This document shows, piece by piece, positions 10,371 to 19,891 of a stretch of 64,000 nt of DNA (position 1 is the stretch's first letter; every line of letters starts with the position of its first letter). The notes beneath the pieces were generated by a model that saw nothing but the letters and a program-made list of their open reading frames with translations, did no database searches and was not told the DNA's origin. The DNA is from Sedimentisphaeraceae bacterium JB056 (lineage in GTDB: Bacteria > Planctomycetota > Phycisphaerae > Sedimentisphaerales > Sedimentisphaeraceae), in assembly GCA_044440125.1 (NCBI GenBank), contig JBITAJ010000004.1:192001-256000 (forward strand), given 5' to 3'. The position numbers were made by a program, and so were the translations under genes.

Positions 10371-12386
10371 ATGAAAACAGAAAAGAAAAACAACATTATA
10401 ACAGCAGCAGCAGCGGTCTTGCTTGTTGGCATATCACAGGTCTTTGCCGCCGGCCTGCTCAAACCGGCCGACCCCTCACAACAAGACAGTATTTTCATAA
10501 AGTCGCACAAGGTCAACGTTGTGATAAACAACGGTTTTGCGAAAACCGAAGTTGACCAGATTTTCGGCAATGACGGCGATACAGATCTACGGGCTCAGTA
10601 CACTTTTCCGCTGCCAAAACAGGCGAGTCTCTCAGAGCTCAGTCTATGGATTGATGGAAATGAAGTTATCGGAGAAGTATTGGAGAAGGAAAGAGCAAAA
10701 AAAATACACAAACAACAGATAGAACAAGGCAACGACACCGCACTTGCCGAGAAGAATGATTTCAAAACATTCGAAGTTTCAGTTTATCCGGTAAGAGCGG
10801 GAGCTGATACGCGGGTAAGGCTTGTATATTACCAGCCGTTAAGCATTGACCTGAATATAGGCAGATATGTATATCCGCTTGCCGAAGGCGGAGTTGACGA
10901 AGAGCGTATTGCATTCTGGTCGGTCGATGACAAGGTAAGAGAACATTTCAGTTTTGATCTGGAGCTCAAGTCAGCATTTCCGATTAAAGATGTGCGGGCG
11001 GCTTCGCATGTATCTCAGGCAGTAATAACCCAAGACAGCAATGAAGAAACCGGCAGCACAGACAACTATCACGTAACGATCGACAGTCCGCAGGGAGATG
11101 CACTAACTCGTGATGTGGTTATATATTACCGGCTTGACGATTCAGTGCCGGCAAGAGTTGAACTCGTGCCTTATAAAAAAGACTCCAAATCTACGGGAAC
11201 TTTTATGGCAGTGATTACTCCTGCCGCCGACCTTCAGCGAATAAGTGAAGGTGTTGACTGGTGTTTCGTTCTCGATAAATCCGGCAGTATGGGCGGCGGC
11301 AAGATTGCAACTCTCGCAGACGGCGTATCAAAAGTTATCGGCAAGATGAAACCAAATGACCGTTTCAGAATAATCACATTCAACAATTCTGCTCATGATT
11401 TCACTAATGGCTACATCAATGCAACACCGGAAAACGTACAAAGCATCCTGAACAAAATCAAAACCGTCACGGCAGACGGCGGCACAAATCTTTTCGCCGG
11501 CCTCGAAAAGGCATACCGCAAACTTGATGACGACAGAACAACTTCCATAATACTCGTAACAGACGGCGTTGCCAATATAGGTAAAACACAGCACCGAGAC
11601 TTTATAAACCTGCTGAAAAAATACGACATCCGACTCTTCACATTTGTTATAGGCAACAGTGCAAACCAGCCGCTGCTCAACAAACTCGCTCTCGAATCAG
11701 ACGGCTTTGCCATGAACATCTCAGACAGCGATGATATTGTCGGAAGAATCATACAGGCAAAAGCAAAGGTACTCTTCCAAAACATGCACGATGTAAAACT
11801 TAAATTCAGCGGCGAGAAAGTAACAGAACTTACACCGGAGAGAATCGGCAGTCTTTATCAGGGACAACAGCTTGTGATATTCGGCAGATACAGCGGCAGC
11901 GGAGTGGTTGAGCTTGAGATGAGTGCAAAGATATCCGGTCAGCAAAAATCATGGAAATGCAACGCAACCTTTCCTGAGATCGACACCGACAATCCTGAAC
12001 TTGAAAGATTGTGGGCTATGTCAAAGATAAATAAACTCATGCAGAAAGTTCGCGATGAAGGCGAAAACCAATCACTTCGCAAAAAAATCGTGGAACTCGG
12101 CGAGGAATATTCACTGACCACAGACTACACATCAATGCTCGTTATTGAAGAAGCTCAGGCAGAAGAACTCGGATTGCAAAAGAAAAATGCCGACCGCGTG
12201 AAACGTGAGCGTAAGGCACAGGAAAACAAGAATTCCCAGCCCGCTAAAAATTACAGACAGGATACTTCAAATGGCGGAGCATTCAACGGCAAACGCTCTC
12301 CGGGAATAGGTGTTGGTCCGGTTGGCCCACTGTTTGTAATGCTGAGCGTCTGGCTGAAACGCAAAAGAAACGATTCAGAGAATTAA
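10371..12386 (+). CDS. Exported VIT + von Willebrand A domain protein with GlyGly-CTERM-like tail
   Basis: Signal peptide; VIT ('YTFPLPKQASLSELSLWIDG'); MIDAS 'DKSGSM', 'GGTNL', 'LVTDG'; C-terminus 'GIGVGPVGPLFVMLSVWLKRKR'. Confidence 0.88.
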   Translation: MKTEKKNNIITAAAAVLLVGISQVFAAGLLKPADPSQQDSIFIKSHKVNVVINNGFAKTEVDQIFGNDGDTDLRAQYTFPLPKQASLSELSLWIDGNEVIGEVLEKERAKKIHKQQIEQGNDTALAEKNDFKTFEVSVYPVRAGADTRVRLVYYQPLSIDLNIGRYVYPLAEGGVDEERIAFWSVDDKVREHFSFDLELKSAFPIKDVRAASHVSQAVITQDSNEETGSTDNYHVTIDSPQGDALTRDVVIYYRLDDSVPARVELVPYKKDSKSTGTFMAVITPAADLQRISEGVDWCFVLDKSGSMGGGKIATLADGVSKVIGKMKPNDRFRIITFNNSAHDFTNGYINATPENVQSILNKIKTVTADGGTNLFAGLEKAYRKLDDDRTTSIILVTDGVANIGKTQHRDFINLLKKYDIRLFTFVIGNSANQPLLNKLALESDGFAMNISDSDDIVGRIIQAKAKVLFQNMHDVKLKFSGEKVTELTPERIGSLYQGQQLVIFGRYSGSGVVELEMSAKISGQQKSWKCNATFPEIDTDNPELERLWAMSKINKLMQKVRDEGENQSLRKKIVELGEEYSLTTDYTSMLVIEEAQAEELGLQKKNADRVKRERKAQENKNSQPAKNYRQDTSNGGAFNGKRSPGIGVGPVGPLFVMLSVWLKRKRNDSEN

Positions 12387-12398
12387 GAATTACGAAGT

Positions 12399-13040
12399 TT
12401 GCTAACATTTATAGTGAATGATAAGATGAAACGTAAAGAATTATATATTTATATCGTGATTCTCACAGCGGCCAACATAGGCCTGATGAAGGGATACTTC
12501 TGTTGGCCGCTGATGTTTATTTCCGAGCAGGTACAAGCCGGTCAATGGTGGCGAATATTCACTCATCCATTTCTGCACTCAAGCTTTTATCACCTGTTTC
12601 TTGATGGAGCTGCATTCTTCATACTATACAGTCAGATCCAGCAGAAAAGCATCCGCAAGAAAACATTGTATGTTATAGGCTGCGGGCTTGGCAGCCTGAC
12701 CGCTGCAACCATAGCCATGCCATTCTTAGACAGCGTAGGCTATTGCGGACTTTCAGGAATAGATCATGGCCTGATGGTTATCAGCGGATTAGAAATGCTT
12801 AAAAACAAATCGCTCCGTTCAATAGGAATTGCAATGCTTATAATAATCGTCATCAAATGCATACTCGAAACAATCAGTGGAAATTTCGTTTTCGACTTTC
12901 TTCACAACGGCATGATAGGTTCGCCTGTTGCTGCCGCCCACTTAGGCGGAGCAATAGCCGCCGTACTCACATACTGGCTAATCGGAGAATATACAAAACA
13001 TTGTTCAAACTCTCATCAGATAAGCTTATCCAGCATTTGA
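12399..13040 (+). CDS. Rhomboid-family protease, rhombosortase-like
   Basis: 'QWWRIFTHPFLH..YHLFLDG', catalytic 'GLSG', 'AHLGGA'. Directly follows the GlyGly-CTERM-like gene; ATG at 12426 is a possible start. Confidence 0.85.
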   Translation: MLTFIVNDKMKRKELYIYIVILTAANIGLMKGYFCWPLMFISEQVQAGQWWRIFTHPFLHSSFYHLFLDGAAFFILYSQIQQKSIRKKTLYVIGCGLGSLTAATIAMPFLDSVGYCGLSGIDHGLMVISGLEMLKNKSLRSIGIAMLIIIVIKCILETISGNFVFDFLHNGMIGSPVAAAHLGGAIAAVLTYWLIGEYTKHCSNSHQISLSSI

Positions 13041-13085
13041 TTCACATCTCAGGATAAAACACAAAATCGTTAGAGGATACCAAAG

Positions 13086-14138
13086 ATGCAAAGTTGTCAT
13101 CACAGAAAATTTAATTGGTCTTATTTTTTGTTTTTGCTTTCAGCGGTATCCTTAACGGTTTCTACAGAAAAGGATAATATCATGAAACCTAATTTTGAAA
13201 ACATCAACAGCAACCTGCCTCTTATCACAGAGGCGACTCCAAACGTTTTTACTGAGAACAGCGAAGCCTATTTAGAATTTTACAATCTGAACACAAGCAA
13301 CCAAAACATAGAACATTCATTCGGCGTATTTGAATCTCACGGCTTGCGTCTGGCGGCACACATTTATAAACCGCAAAATTACAAAGCAACATACTTTGTC
13401 CTTCACGGCTATCTCGATCACTGCGGAATGCTGAGCAAACTCATAGGCGAACTCTTGAAAAACAATTTCGCGGTAGCAACATTCGACCTCCCCGGACACG
13501 GAATATCAGAAGGAGAGAAGTGTGAGATAGAAAACTTCATTCAGTATGCCGATGCACTTAGCGATTTTCTTAGGACAACAAAACCAATACTGAACTCACC
13601 ATACAACTTCATCGGACACAGCACCGGCGCATCAGCAATGATGGAGTTATTGCTCTCGAAAAGAGAAATCGATTTCGAAAGAATCATTCTTGCCGCCCCG
13701 CTTATAAGATGCGCTCAATGGAAAAAATCAAGGCTGGGCTACACTTTCGAAATACCATTTATAAAAAGTGTGCCGCGAATGTTCCGAAAGAATTCATCAG
13801 ACGAAGCGTTCCTGTCATTCATAAAAGATAACGATCCTCTGCAGACAAGATTCGTTCCGCTTAGCTGGGTCAGCGCACTGCACAAATGGAATGACCGCAT
13901 AGAAACATTGCCTGCTTCATTACAGCGAGTAGAAATACTGCAAGGATGCTGCGACAAGATAGTTGACTGGCAATACAACATGATGTTTATTCAGAGGAAA
14001 TTTCCGCATGCCGAAATCAATATAATCGAGAATGCCAACCATGAGCTTTTCAACGAATCAAAAAAAATCCGTAAAGACGTTTTCAGGCTGGTTATTGGAG
14101 AGAAAAAAGGAGTACACAGAAAGATGCTGGCTGTTTGA
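13086..14138 (+). CDS. Alpha/beta hydrolase (lysophospholipase-like)
   Basis: 'LHGYLDH', 'DLPGHGIS', nucleophile GHSTG, 'HELFNE'. Alternative start at 13182. Confidence 0.85.
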   Translation: MQSCHHRKFNWSYFLFLLSAVSLTVSTEKDNIMKPNFENINSNLPLITEATPNVFTENSEAYLEFYNLNTSNQNIEHSFGVFESHGLRLAAHIYKPQNYKATYFVLHGYLDHCGMLSKLIGELLKNNFAVATFDLPGHGISEGEKCEIENFIQYADALSDFLRTTKPILNSPYNFIGHSTGASAMMELLLSKREIDFERIILAAPLIRCAQWKKSRLGYTFEIPFIKSVPRMFRKNSSDEAFLSFIKDNDPLQTRFVPLSWVSALHKWNDRIETLPASLQRVEILQGCCDKIVDWQYNMMFIQRKFPHAEINIIENANHELFNESKKIRKDVFRLVIGEKKGVHRKMLAV

Positions 14139-14164
14139 AAACTCAGACAGCCGGCATCATGATT

Positions 14165-14827
14165 TTACTGACCATGTACGTTATGGCGGACAATCTTACC
14201 TTCAGACATATAGATAACATCCTCGGCAATATTCACCGCGTGGTCGCCAATACGTTCCAGATCACGCGGGATGCCGAGTATCTGGATATAGCTGTCGATA
14301 TTCTCAGGCGCACTGGTTATGTGGGCCTTGATCTGACCGCGAATATTACGATTAAGATCGTCAATATTATCATCCATCTTGCGGACCTGGGAAGCGAGGT
14401 TCGCATCGATATTAACAAGAGCGTCCAGGCTCTTCTTAAGCATCACCTGCACATCCTTCGCCATATCGATATAATCAGGATTAAGCGTAACCGTAACCTC
14501 GGGATCAATAGATGGCGCACGCTTTGCAATATTAACAGCAAGGTCGCCAATCCTCTCGAGATCGCTGTTTATCTTCAAAACTGATATTATAAAACGAAGA
14601 TCGATTGCCACCGGCTGATGAAGAGCAAGTATCTTGAGGCACTCCTCCTCTATATCAACTTCCATATCATCAATATGTATATCATTATCGATCACCGACT
14701 GAGCCAATTGTGCATCACGGTTCTTAATCGAAACCGTAGCCTTTTGAACCGCCTGCTCCACATTAGAGCCAAGCTTCAATATTCTGCTTTTAAGATTCTC
14801 AATCTCTCTGTTAAGGTGTAACGACAT
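14165..14827 (-). CDS. phoU: Phosphate signalling protein PhoU
   Basis: 'ALHQPVAIDLR..DLERIGDLAVNIA' and 'DLERIGDHAVNIAE'. Confidence 0.97.
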   Translation of the reverse strand: MSLHLNREIENLKSRILKLGSNVEQAVQKATVSIKNRDAQLAQSVIDNDIHIDDMEVDIEEECLKILALHQPVAIDLRFIISVLKINSDLERIGDLAVNIAKRAPSIDPEVTVTLNPDYIDMAKDVQVMLKKSLDALVNIDANLASQVRKMDDNIDDLNRNIRGQIKAHITSAPENIDSYIQILGIPRDLERIGDHAVNIAEDVIYMSEGKIVRHNVHGQ

Positions 14828-14836
14828 AATTTCCTC

Positions 14837-14930
14837 AGCTATGAGCGATTAGCAATTAGCGATTAGCCATTAGTAATATTTCTACGAACTACGAACTATA
14901 GACTATAAACTATAAACTAACTAATCACTA
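14837..14930. repeat. Inverted pair of 7-bp periodic tandem arrays
   Basis: (agctatg)(agcgatt)(agcaatt)(agcgatt)(agccatt) followed by (ctacgaa)2(ctataga)(ctataaa)2. Confidence 0.75.
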
Positions 14931-14936
14931 CATTTA

Positions 14937-15290
14937 TTAAAACACTCTGTTATCATTTGTGCCATAGATCACGCAATCAAGATCACCCGATCTTATGACA
15001 ATATTATTATGCTCGTCTTTGACAAGCTCTGCCTTCTTGTAATCAAAATTCTCGTCGACAAGATTAACAAGCTCAATTCTACCCCACGGCACAAGCCTGA
15101 TCTCAACATGACCGCAATGAATATCACGCGGCTGGTTAACGCTTCTGCCAAAATGATAAGTGCGACACTTGAGCATCACATAAGAACTGTTAATTTCAAC
15201 GACTTTACCTACAAAAATATGGTTTTTAGCTTCAGGATAGTCTTTAACTGTGCGAATTTTCCATATTTTCTCAAGTTTTAGATTTTTCAT
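14937..15290 (-). CDS. Hypothetical protein within the pst-phoU region
   Basis: 117-aa ORF co-oriented between pstB and phoU; beta-rich residue pattern. Confidence 0.7.
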   Translation of the reverse strand: MKNLKLEKIWKIRTVKDYPEAKNHIFVGKVVEINSSYVMLKCRTYHFGRSVNQPRDIHCGHVEIRLVPWGRIELVNLVDENFDYKKAELVKDEHNNIVIRSGDLDCVIYGTNDNRVF

Positions 15291-15412
15291 TTAATTCCCT
15301 GTCAGTACATCTTTAATTATTTAAACAACATTTCCAATATTAATTATACTACTTAAAATGAAGTTGTTCAATAATTTGCATTAATTTTTTATAATTTATC
15401 AAAATCAGAGAA

Positions 15413-16201
15413 TTAACCAAACCTACCTGTTATATAGTCTTCTGTCTGCTGCTGGCTTGGATTCGTGAATATCTCATCAGTACTGCCGTACTCAACAAGT
15501 TCTCCCATACAGAAAAACGCGGTATACTCACTGACTCTTGCCGCCTGCTGCATACTGTGCGTAACAATCACAATACTGTAATCATTCTTAAGCTCCTCAA
15601 TCAAATCCTCTATCCTCGCTGTAGCAATCGGATCAAGCGCCGAACAAGGCTCATCCATCAAGATAACTCTCGGCTTATTGGCAAGCGTTCTGGCAATGCA
15701 CAATCTCTGTTGCTGGCCGCCTGAAAGAGCAAGTGCACTTTTATTGAGATCATCTTTCACTTCATCCCAAAGAGCGGCACTTCTCAATGACGACTCTACA
15801 AGATCATCCAGAAGGATACGACTCTTTGTACCCTGAAGCCTTGGACCATAAGCGATATTATCGTAGATACTTTTGGCAAAAGGGTTTGGCTTCTGAAACA
15901 CCATGCCGACCTGTCTGCGAAGGTTAACAAGATTGATTCGCTTATCGTATATATCCTGACCGTTGACCATCAAAAGTCCTTCAGTCCTGCAACCGGGAAT
16001 AAGATCGTTCATACGGTTTATGCTTCGCAAAAATGTGCTCTTACCGCAACCGCTGGGTCCGATTATAGAAGTAACTTTGCAGGGATAGATATCAATATCG
16101 ATATTCATAACACCCTTCTTGCTTCCATAATAGAAAGTAAAATCTTTCGCCTGGATTACCGGTTCGCAACATTGCTCATTTTTTGTCATATCATTTTCCA
16201 T
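15413..16201 (-). CDS. pstB: Phosphate ABC transporter ATPase
   Basis: GPSGCGKST, '[11 protein letters not shown]', [13 protein letters not shown], '[13 protein letters not shown]', 'YITGRFG'. Confidence 0.97.
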   Translation of the reverse strand: MENDMTKNEQCCEPVIQAKDFTFYYGSKKGVMNIDIDIYPCKVTSIIGPSGCGKSTFLRSINRMNDLIPGCRTEGLLMVNGQDIYDKRINLVNLRRQVGMVFQKPNPFAKSIYDNIAYGPRLQGTKSRILLDDLVESSLRSAALWDEVKDDLNKSALALSGGQQQRLCIARTLANKPRVILMDEPCSALDPIATARIEDLIEELKNDYSIVIVTHSMQQAARVSEYTAFFCMGELVEYGSTDEIFTNPSQQQTEDYITGRFG

Positions 16202-16246
16202 TTTATTATTAACTGATAGCGGTCAATCTTGTAGTCATTAACTTTT

Positions 16247-17869
16247 TCAGCTTCCCCTCAATCTGGAGCTCATCTTCGAACGAATACATATAGCCACAAA
16301 ATTCAGGCACAACACAAGTAATATCAGCGTTGCCACCATTCCGTATTGTTTATGCGGAACGAGTGCCGCTATTCTGTCGCCCACTGCCATGTCATAGCAG
16401 CCGTAAGACAATGCCCTCGTCGAATCAAATATCGATTTGGGTATCGGGCCAAGTGCCACAGCACCGGTAAAAAGTATCGGCGCCGTCTCACCTGCCGCAC
16501 GGCTAAGACTAAGTATAACTCCCGTCAGAATACCGGGCATAGCAGCCGGAAGTGTAACGCTGACAAAAGTCTTGAAACCTCCTGCTCCCAAAGCCAAAGA
16601 TGCCTCTTTATATGTCTTAGGAACAGATTTTATAGCCTCTTCACTGGCCCTTATGATAACCGGCAAAACAAGAATCGCAAGTGTCATTGATGCCGTAAGC
16701 ATACTTGGTTTCGACTCATGCCCTATCGCAGGCATAAGGAACAAAACAAAGAAAGCCATACCGAAAAGACCAAATACAATACTCGGCACACCGGCAAGAG
16801 TATTGATACTCATCCTTATTATCTTTATAATGATATTATCTGAAGCACATTCTGCAAGATATGCCGCCGAAATAATACCAAGCGGAACCGCAAAAAGCAT
16901 AGCCATCAAAGTCAGTGAGAGAGTACCAATTATTTCCGGCCCTACTCCGCCAAAGAAATGCCCCGGCGTACTGTCGTCAATAAAATATTGCCAGTAGACA
17001 GTAAACTTAGGCTTAAGTATGTTTTCCGCTTTTTCCGGTAATGTTCTGAAAAAGGATTCCAGGGGCGTAGACTCGAAGATGTCAGATCGTAATGTCTGTG
17101 TTCTAATCAATGCCTTCTTCCCCGGCTGCTGCTCCCAGGTTTCCTTTATTGTTATCTTTTTTATAAGATCACGTGCATAATCAAGACGTGTCGCACCGTA
17201 CTGCTGCATTATAAGCATTGGCTTATCCTTAGCAGGATCAGGTCCGAAAAGCTTTGCCACAAGTTCTTTTACCTCGACAAGCTCATTAGTATAAATATCA
17301 CGCTTACTTAAATCCGTATCTTTTAATACAGACTGATACTTATTTGCAATAGCAAATGTCTCTGCAAATACGCTTCCCTCAAAAACCTTATCCCTTGAAT
17401 CTAAAGCCGACTGAACAAGCTCCATTGCCTCAGACTTATCATCTGACTCCATAGCATCAATGAGCAAATTTCTGACATCCTTTGCACGGCTCCTAAGCTC
17501 TCTATAAGTATCATTATCGACATTCTCGTATCGAAGCTGCCTTCCATATTCGCGATAGATATCCTTAAGATGATCTATCGAATTGCTCGTATCTATTCCT
17601 TCAGAAAAGTCGTTGAGAAACTGATATATATCGGCCTTTTGACGTTCATATTCAGCAAACTCTTTTTTGAGGCTATCTTCGTTACCGCGGCCATGTTCTT
17701 CAAATTGCAGTCTCTTAAACTCCACTGTGCCATTGAAGAAAACCGCCTTGCCGCCTCTGTACAACATAGGAGCAAGTATTATGACAAGAGTAACTATCAG
17801 CAATACTATTGATGCTGATGAACTGCATGTAAAAACTTTATCGGTTAGAAGTCTTACTTTCAAATTCAT
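16247..17869 (-). CDS. pstA: Phosphate ABC transporter permease with large soluble insertion
   Basis: 'LAGVPSIVFGLFG', 'EASLALGA', 'RAAGETAPILFTG'; about 250 extra hydrophilic residues after the first TM helix. Confidence 0.92.
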   Translation of the reverse strand: MNLKVRLLTDKVFTCSSSASIVLLIVTLVIILAPMLYRGGKAVFFNGTVEFKRLQFEEHGRGNEDSLKKEFAEYERQKADIYQFLNDFSEGIDTSNSIDHLKDIYREYGRQLRYENVDNDTYRELRSRAKDVRNLLIDAMESDDKSEAMELVQSALDSRDKVFEGSVFAETFAIANKYQSVLKDTDLSKRDIYTNELVEVKELVAKLFGPDPAKDKPMLIMQQYGATRLDYARDLIKKITIKETWEQQPGKKALIRTQTLRSDIFESTPLESFFRTLPEKAENILKPKFTVYWQYFIDDSTPGHFFGGVGPEIIGTLSLTLMAMLFAVPLGIISAAYLAECASDNIIIKIIRMSINTLAGVPSIVFGLFGMAFFVLFLMPAIGHESKPSMLTASMTLAILVLPVIIRASEEAIKSVPKTYKEASLALGAGGFKTFVSVTLPAAMPGILTGVILSLSRAAGETAPILFTGAVALGPIPKSIFDSTRALSYGCYDMAVGDRIAALVPHKQYGMVATLILLVLCLNFVAICIRSKMSSRLRGS

Positions 17870-18831
17870 TTGCTGCCCCCCTGCGACTTCTTAACCTTGG
17901 AAACAAAAAACTCACTTATAATATTAAGTCCGAAAGTGAAAGCCAACAAAAGAACACCCATCGCAAACAATGCCTGGTAATGGTCTGAGCCTTTGGCTGT
18001 TTCACCCATGTCACCGGCGATTGTTGCAGTCATTGTACGGACAGAAGTTGATATATCCCACCATGGAGAAGGAATCTGATTGGCATTTCCAGAAGCCATC
18101 CATACAACCATAGTCTCTCCGATAGCTCTCATCATACCAAGAATTATCGATGCTATGATACCACTGTGAGCAGCAGGAATAACAACCTTCACCAAGCTCT
18201 CAGACCTCGTTGCTCCAAGCGCATATGATGCCTCGCGAAGATGACGGCTGATTGCAGATATAGAATCTTCCGCTACACTTATAATTGTCGGAAGAGCCAT
18301 CACAGCAAGTATAATACCGGCATTAAGAGCATTTGTTCCGGTATCAAATCCAAAATGCTTCTGCAGATAAGGAGCTAATACCAAAACAGCAAAAAAGCCG
18401 TAGGCAACAGAAGGTATAGCTGCGAGCATCTCAATAATTGGCTTTACTATCTGGCGAAGACCGAAAGGTGAAATATCGCTCAGGAACAACGCACACAGCA
18501 GTCCAATCGGAGTTGCTATAAGCATCGCTATTATAGTAACATAAGCCGAACCGGCAATTATGCTCAGTGCTCCGTATTCTGCCTCATGCGATTCAGGATA
18601 CCAACTCTTGCTCGTAACAAATTCCATCAGCCCGCCCGATGCTATAAACGGCCACGCCTCTTTTATCACAAAGAAGAATATCAGCAACACCGCAAGGACC
18701 GAAAATGCCGTTATGCCAAAAAGCGTCATGCGGCCTAAATGGGTAGCAATGAAACCCATTATGTCCTCTCCGGGTGTCAATAAAAGCGGCTTGGTGAATC
18801 CTGCCGAAGTATTTTTAATCTCTTTACTCAT
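17866..18831 (-). CDS. pstC: Phosphate ABC transporter permease
   Basis: 'EMLAAIPSVAYGFF', 'REASYALGAT', 'RAIGETM'. Confidence 0.95.
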   Translation of the reverse strand: MSKEIKNTSAGFTKPLLLTPGEDIMGFIATHLGRMTLFGITAFSVLAVLLIFFFVIKEAWPFIASGGLMEFVTSKSWYPESHEAEYGALSIIAGSAYVTIIAMLIATPIGLLCALFLSDISPFGLRQIVKPIIEMLAAIPSVAYGFFAVLVLAPYLQKHFGFDTGTNALNAGIILAVMALPTIISVAEDSISAISRHLREASYALGATRSESLVKVVIPAAHSGIIASIILGMMRAIGETMVVWMASGNANQIPSPWWDISTSVRTMTATIAGDMGETAKGSDHYQALFAMGVLLLAFTFGLNIISEFFVSKVKKSQGGSK

Positions 18832-18840
18832 ATTTCTAAA

Positions 18841-18913
18841 AGTTTTAAGTAATAAGTTTTAAGTAGAGATATGGCGATGCCAACTTAAAACTTATCACTT
18901 ATTACTTAAAACT
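18841..18913. repeat. Heptamer-based inverted repeat between pstS and pstC
   Basis: agttttaagtaataagt (18841) is the exact reverse complement of acttattacttaaaact (ends 18913). Confidence 0.75.
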
Positions 18914-18919
18914 GTTTAA

Positions 18920-19735
18920 TTAATAATCGGTTACTGGTACAAAACCCTTAGCTTCGATTATTTCCTGTCCTTCTTCTGAAAGATAAAAAGAGCAGAACTG
19001 ATGTACGATTGAACCAAGTTCAGGATAACCGTTAGTAAACAGGAAAAGAGCCCTGCTCACTGGATAGACACCCTTTGCAATTGTCTTACGTGTTGGAGTC
19101 ACACCGTCAATATCAAGAGCCTTTACATTGTCATCTACAAAACCAAGACCTACGTAAGCGATAGAACCTTTTGTTGTCTTTGCTCTTGCATGAGCCTGTG
19201 GGTTAGAGCTTACATACTCAACCTTGTCATACATCTTCTCTTTGTTCATTACAAGCTTATGGAATGTTTCATAAGTACCTGATGAAGTGTCCCTGCTTAT
19301 CGGAATGATCGCACCGTCAACACCGCCAAGTTCTTTCCAGTTTGTTATCTTACCTTCATAGATATCTCTGACCTGCTCTGTTGTAAGAGCCTTAACCGGA
19401 TTCGATGGGTGTACGATAATACATACACCATCCATGGCGACAGCGTGAGCAACAGGCATTATGCCTTTATCTATAGCAGCCTTGAATTCTTTATCCTTCA
19501 TGAAACGGCTCATCATGGCAATATCACAACGACCGTCAACAAGAGCCGCTGCACCATCACCACTGCCTGTTTTCTTTACAGTTACCGCAAGATCCGCTGT
19601 TGTGTTTTTGAAGTACTCGGCAAATGCATCCCCGATAGGGCCAACTGTTGTAGAGCCGTCAATTTCGAGTGTTGCCGAAACAGCAAAAGGGGCAACCATC
19701 GCAATCAAAACTAAAATTACTGTAATCGTCTTCAT
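18920..19735 (-). CDS. pstS: Phosphate-binding protein
   Basis: Signal peptide, 'DGSTTV', 'TGSGDG', 'RDTSSGT'. Confidence 0.95.
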   Translation of the reverse strand: MKTITVILVLIAMVAPFAVSATLEIDGSTTVGPIGDAFAEYFKNTTADLAVTVKKTGSGDGAAALVDGRCDIAMMSRFMKDKEFKAAIDKGIMPVAHAVAMDGVCIIVHPSNPVKALTTEQVRDIYEGKITNWKELGGVDGAIIPISRDTSSGTYETFHKLVMNKEKMYDKVEYVSSNPQAHARAKTTKGSIAYVGLGFVDDNVKALDIDGVTPTRKTIAKGVYPVSRALFLFTNGYPELGSIVHQFCSFYLSEEGQEIIEAKGFVPVTDY

Positions 19736-19839
19736 TCTCTTTCCTTTCAATAATTACTTTACTCTGTTTTTCATTAATAAAACTACATTCATTAAAATTC
19801 TGTTTGATTTTTAATAATCCCGCACATTTTAAAGCAGAT

Positions 19840-19879
19840 TTATCAACAAAGTATTAGCCTTTTATTAGAGTTTTGTTAA
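19840..19879 (-). promoter_or_regulatory. Pho-box-like 11-bp periodic repeats upstream of pstS
   Basis: Plus-strand ttatcaa/gtattag/ttattag/ttgttaa at 19840, 19851, 19862, 19873. Confidence 0.5.
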
Positions 19880-19891
19880 ACACCCATACGA

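Noticed and set aside
14135..14584. 149-aa plus-strand ORF overlapping the hydrolase stop
   Set aside because: It lies almost entirely antisense to phoU and has no motifs. The same applies to the many other short antisense ORFs in the track.
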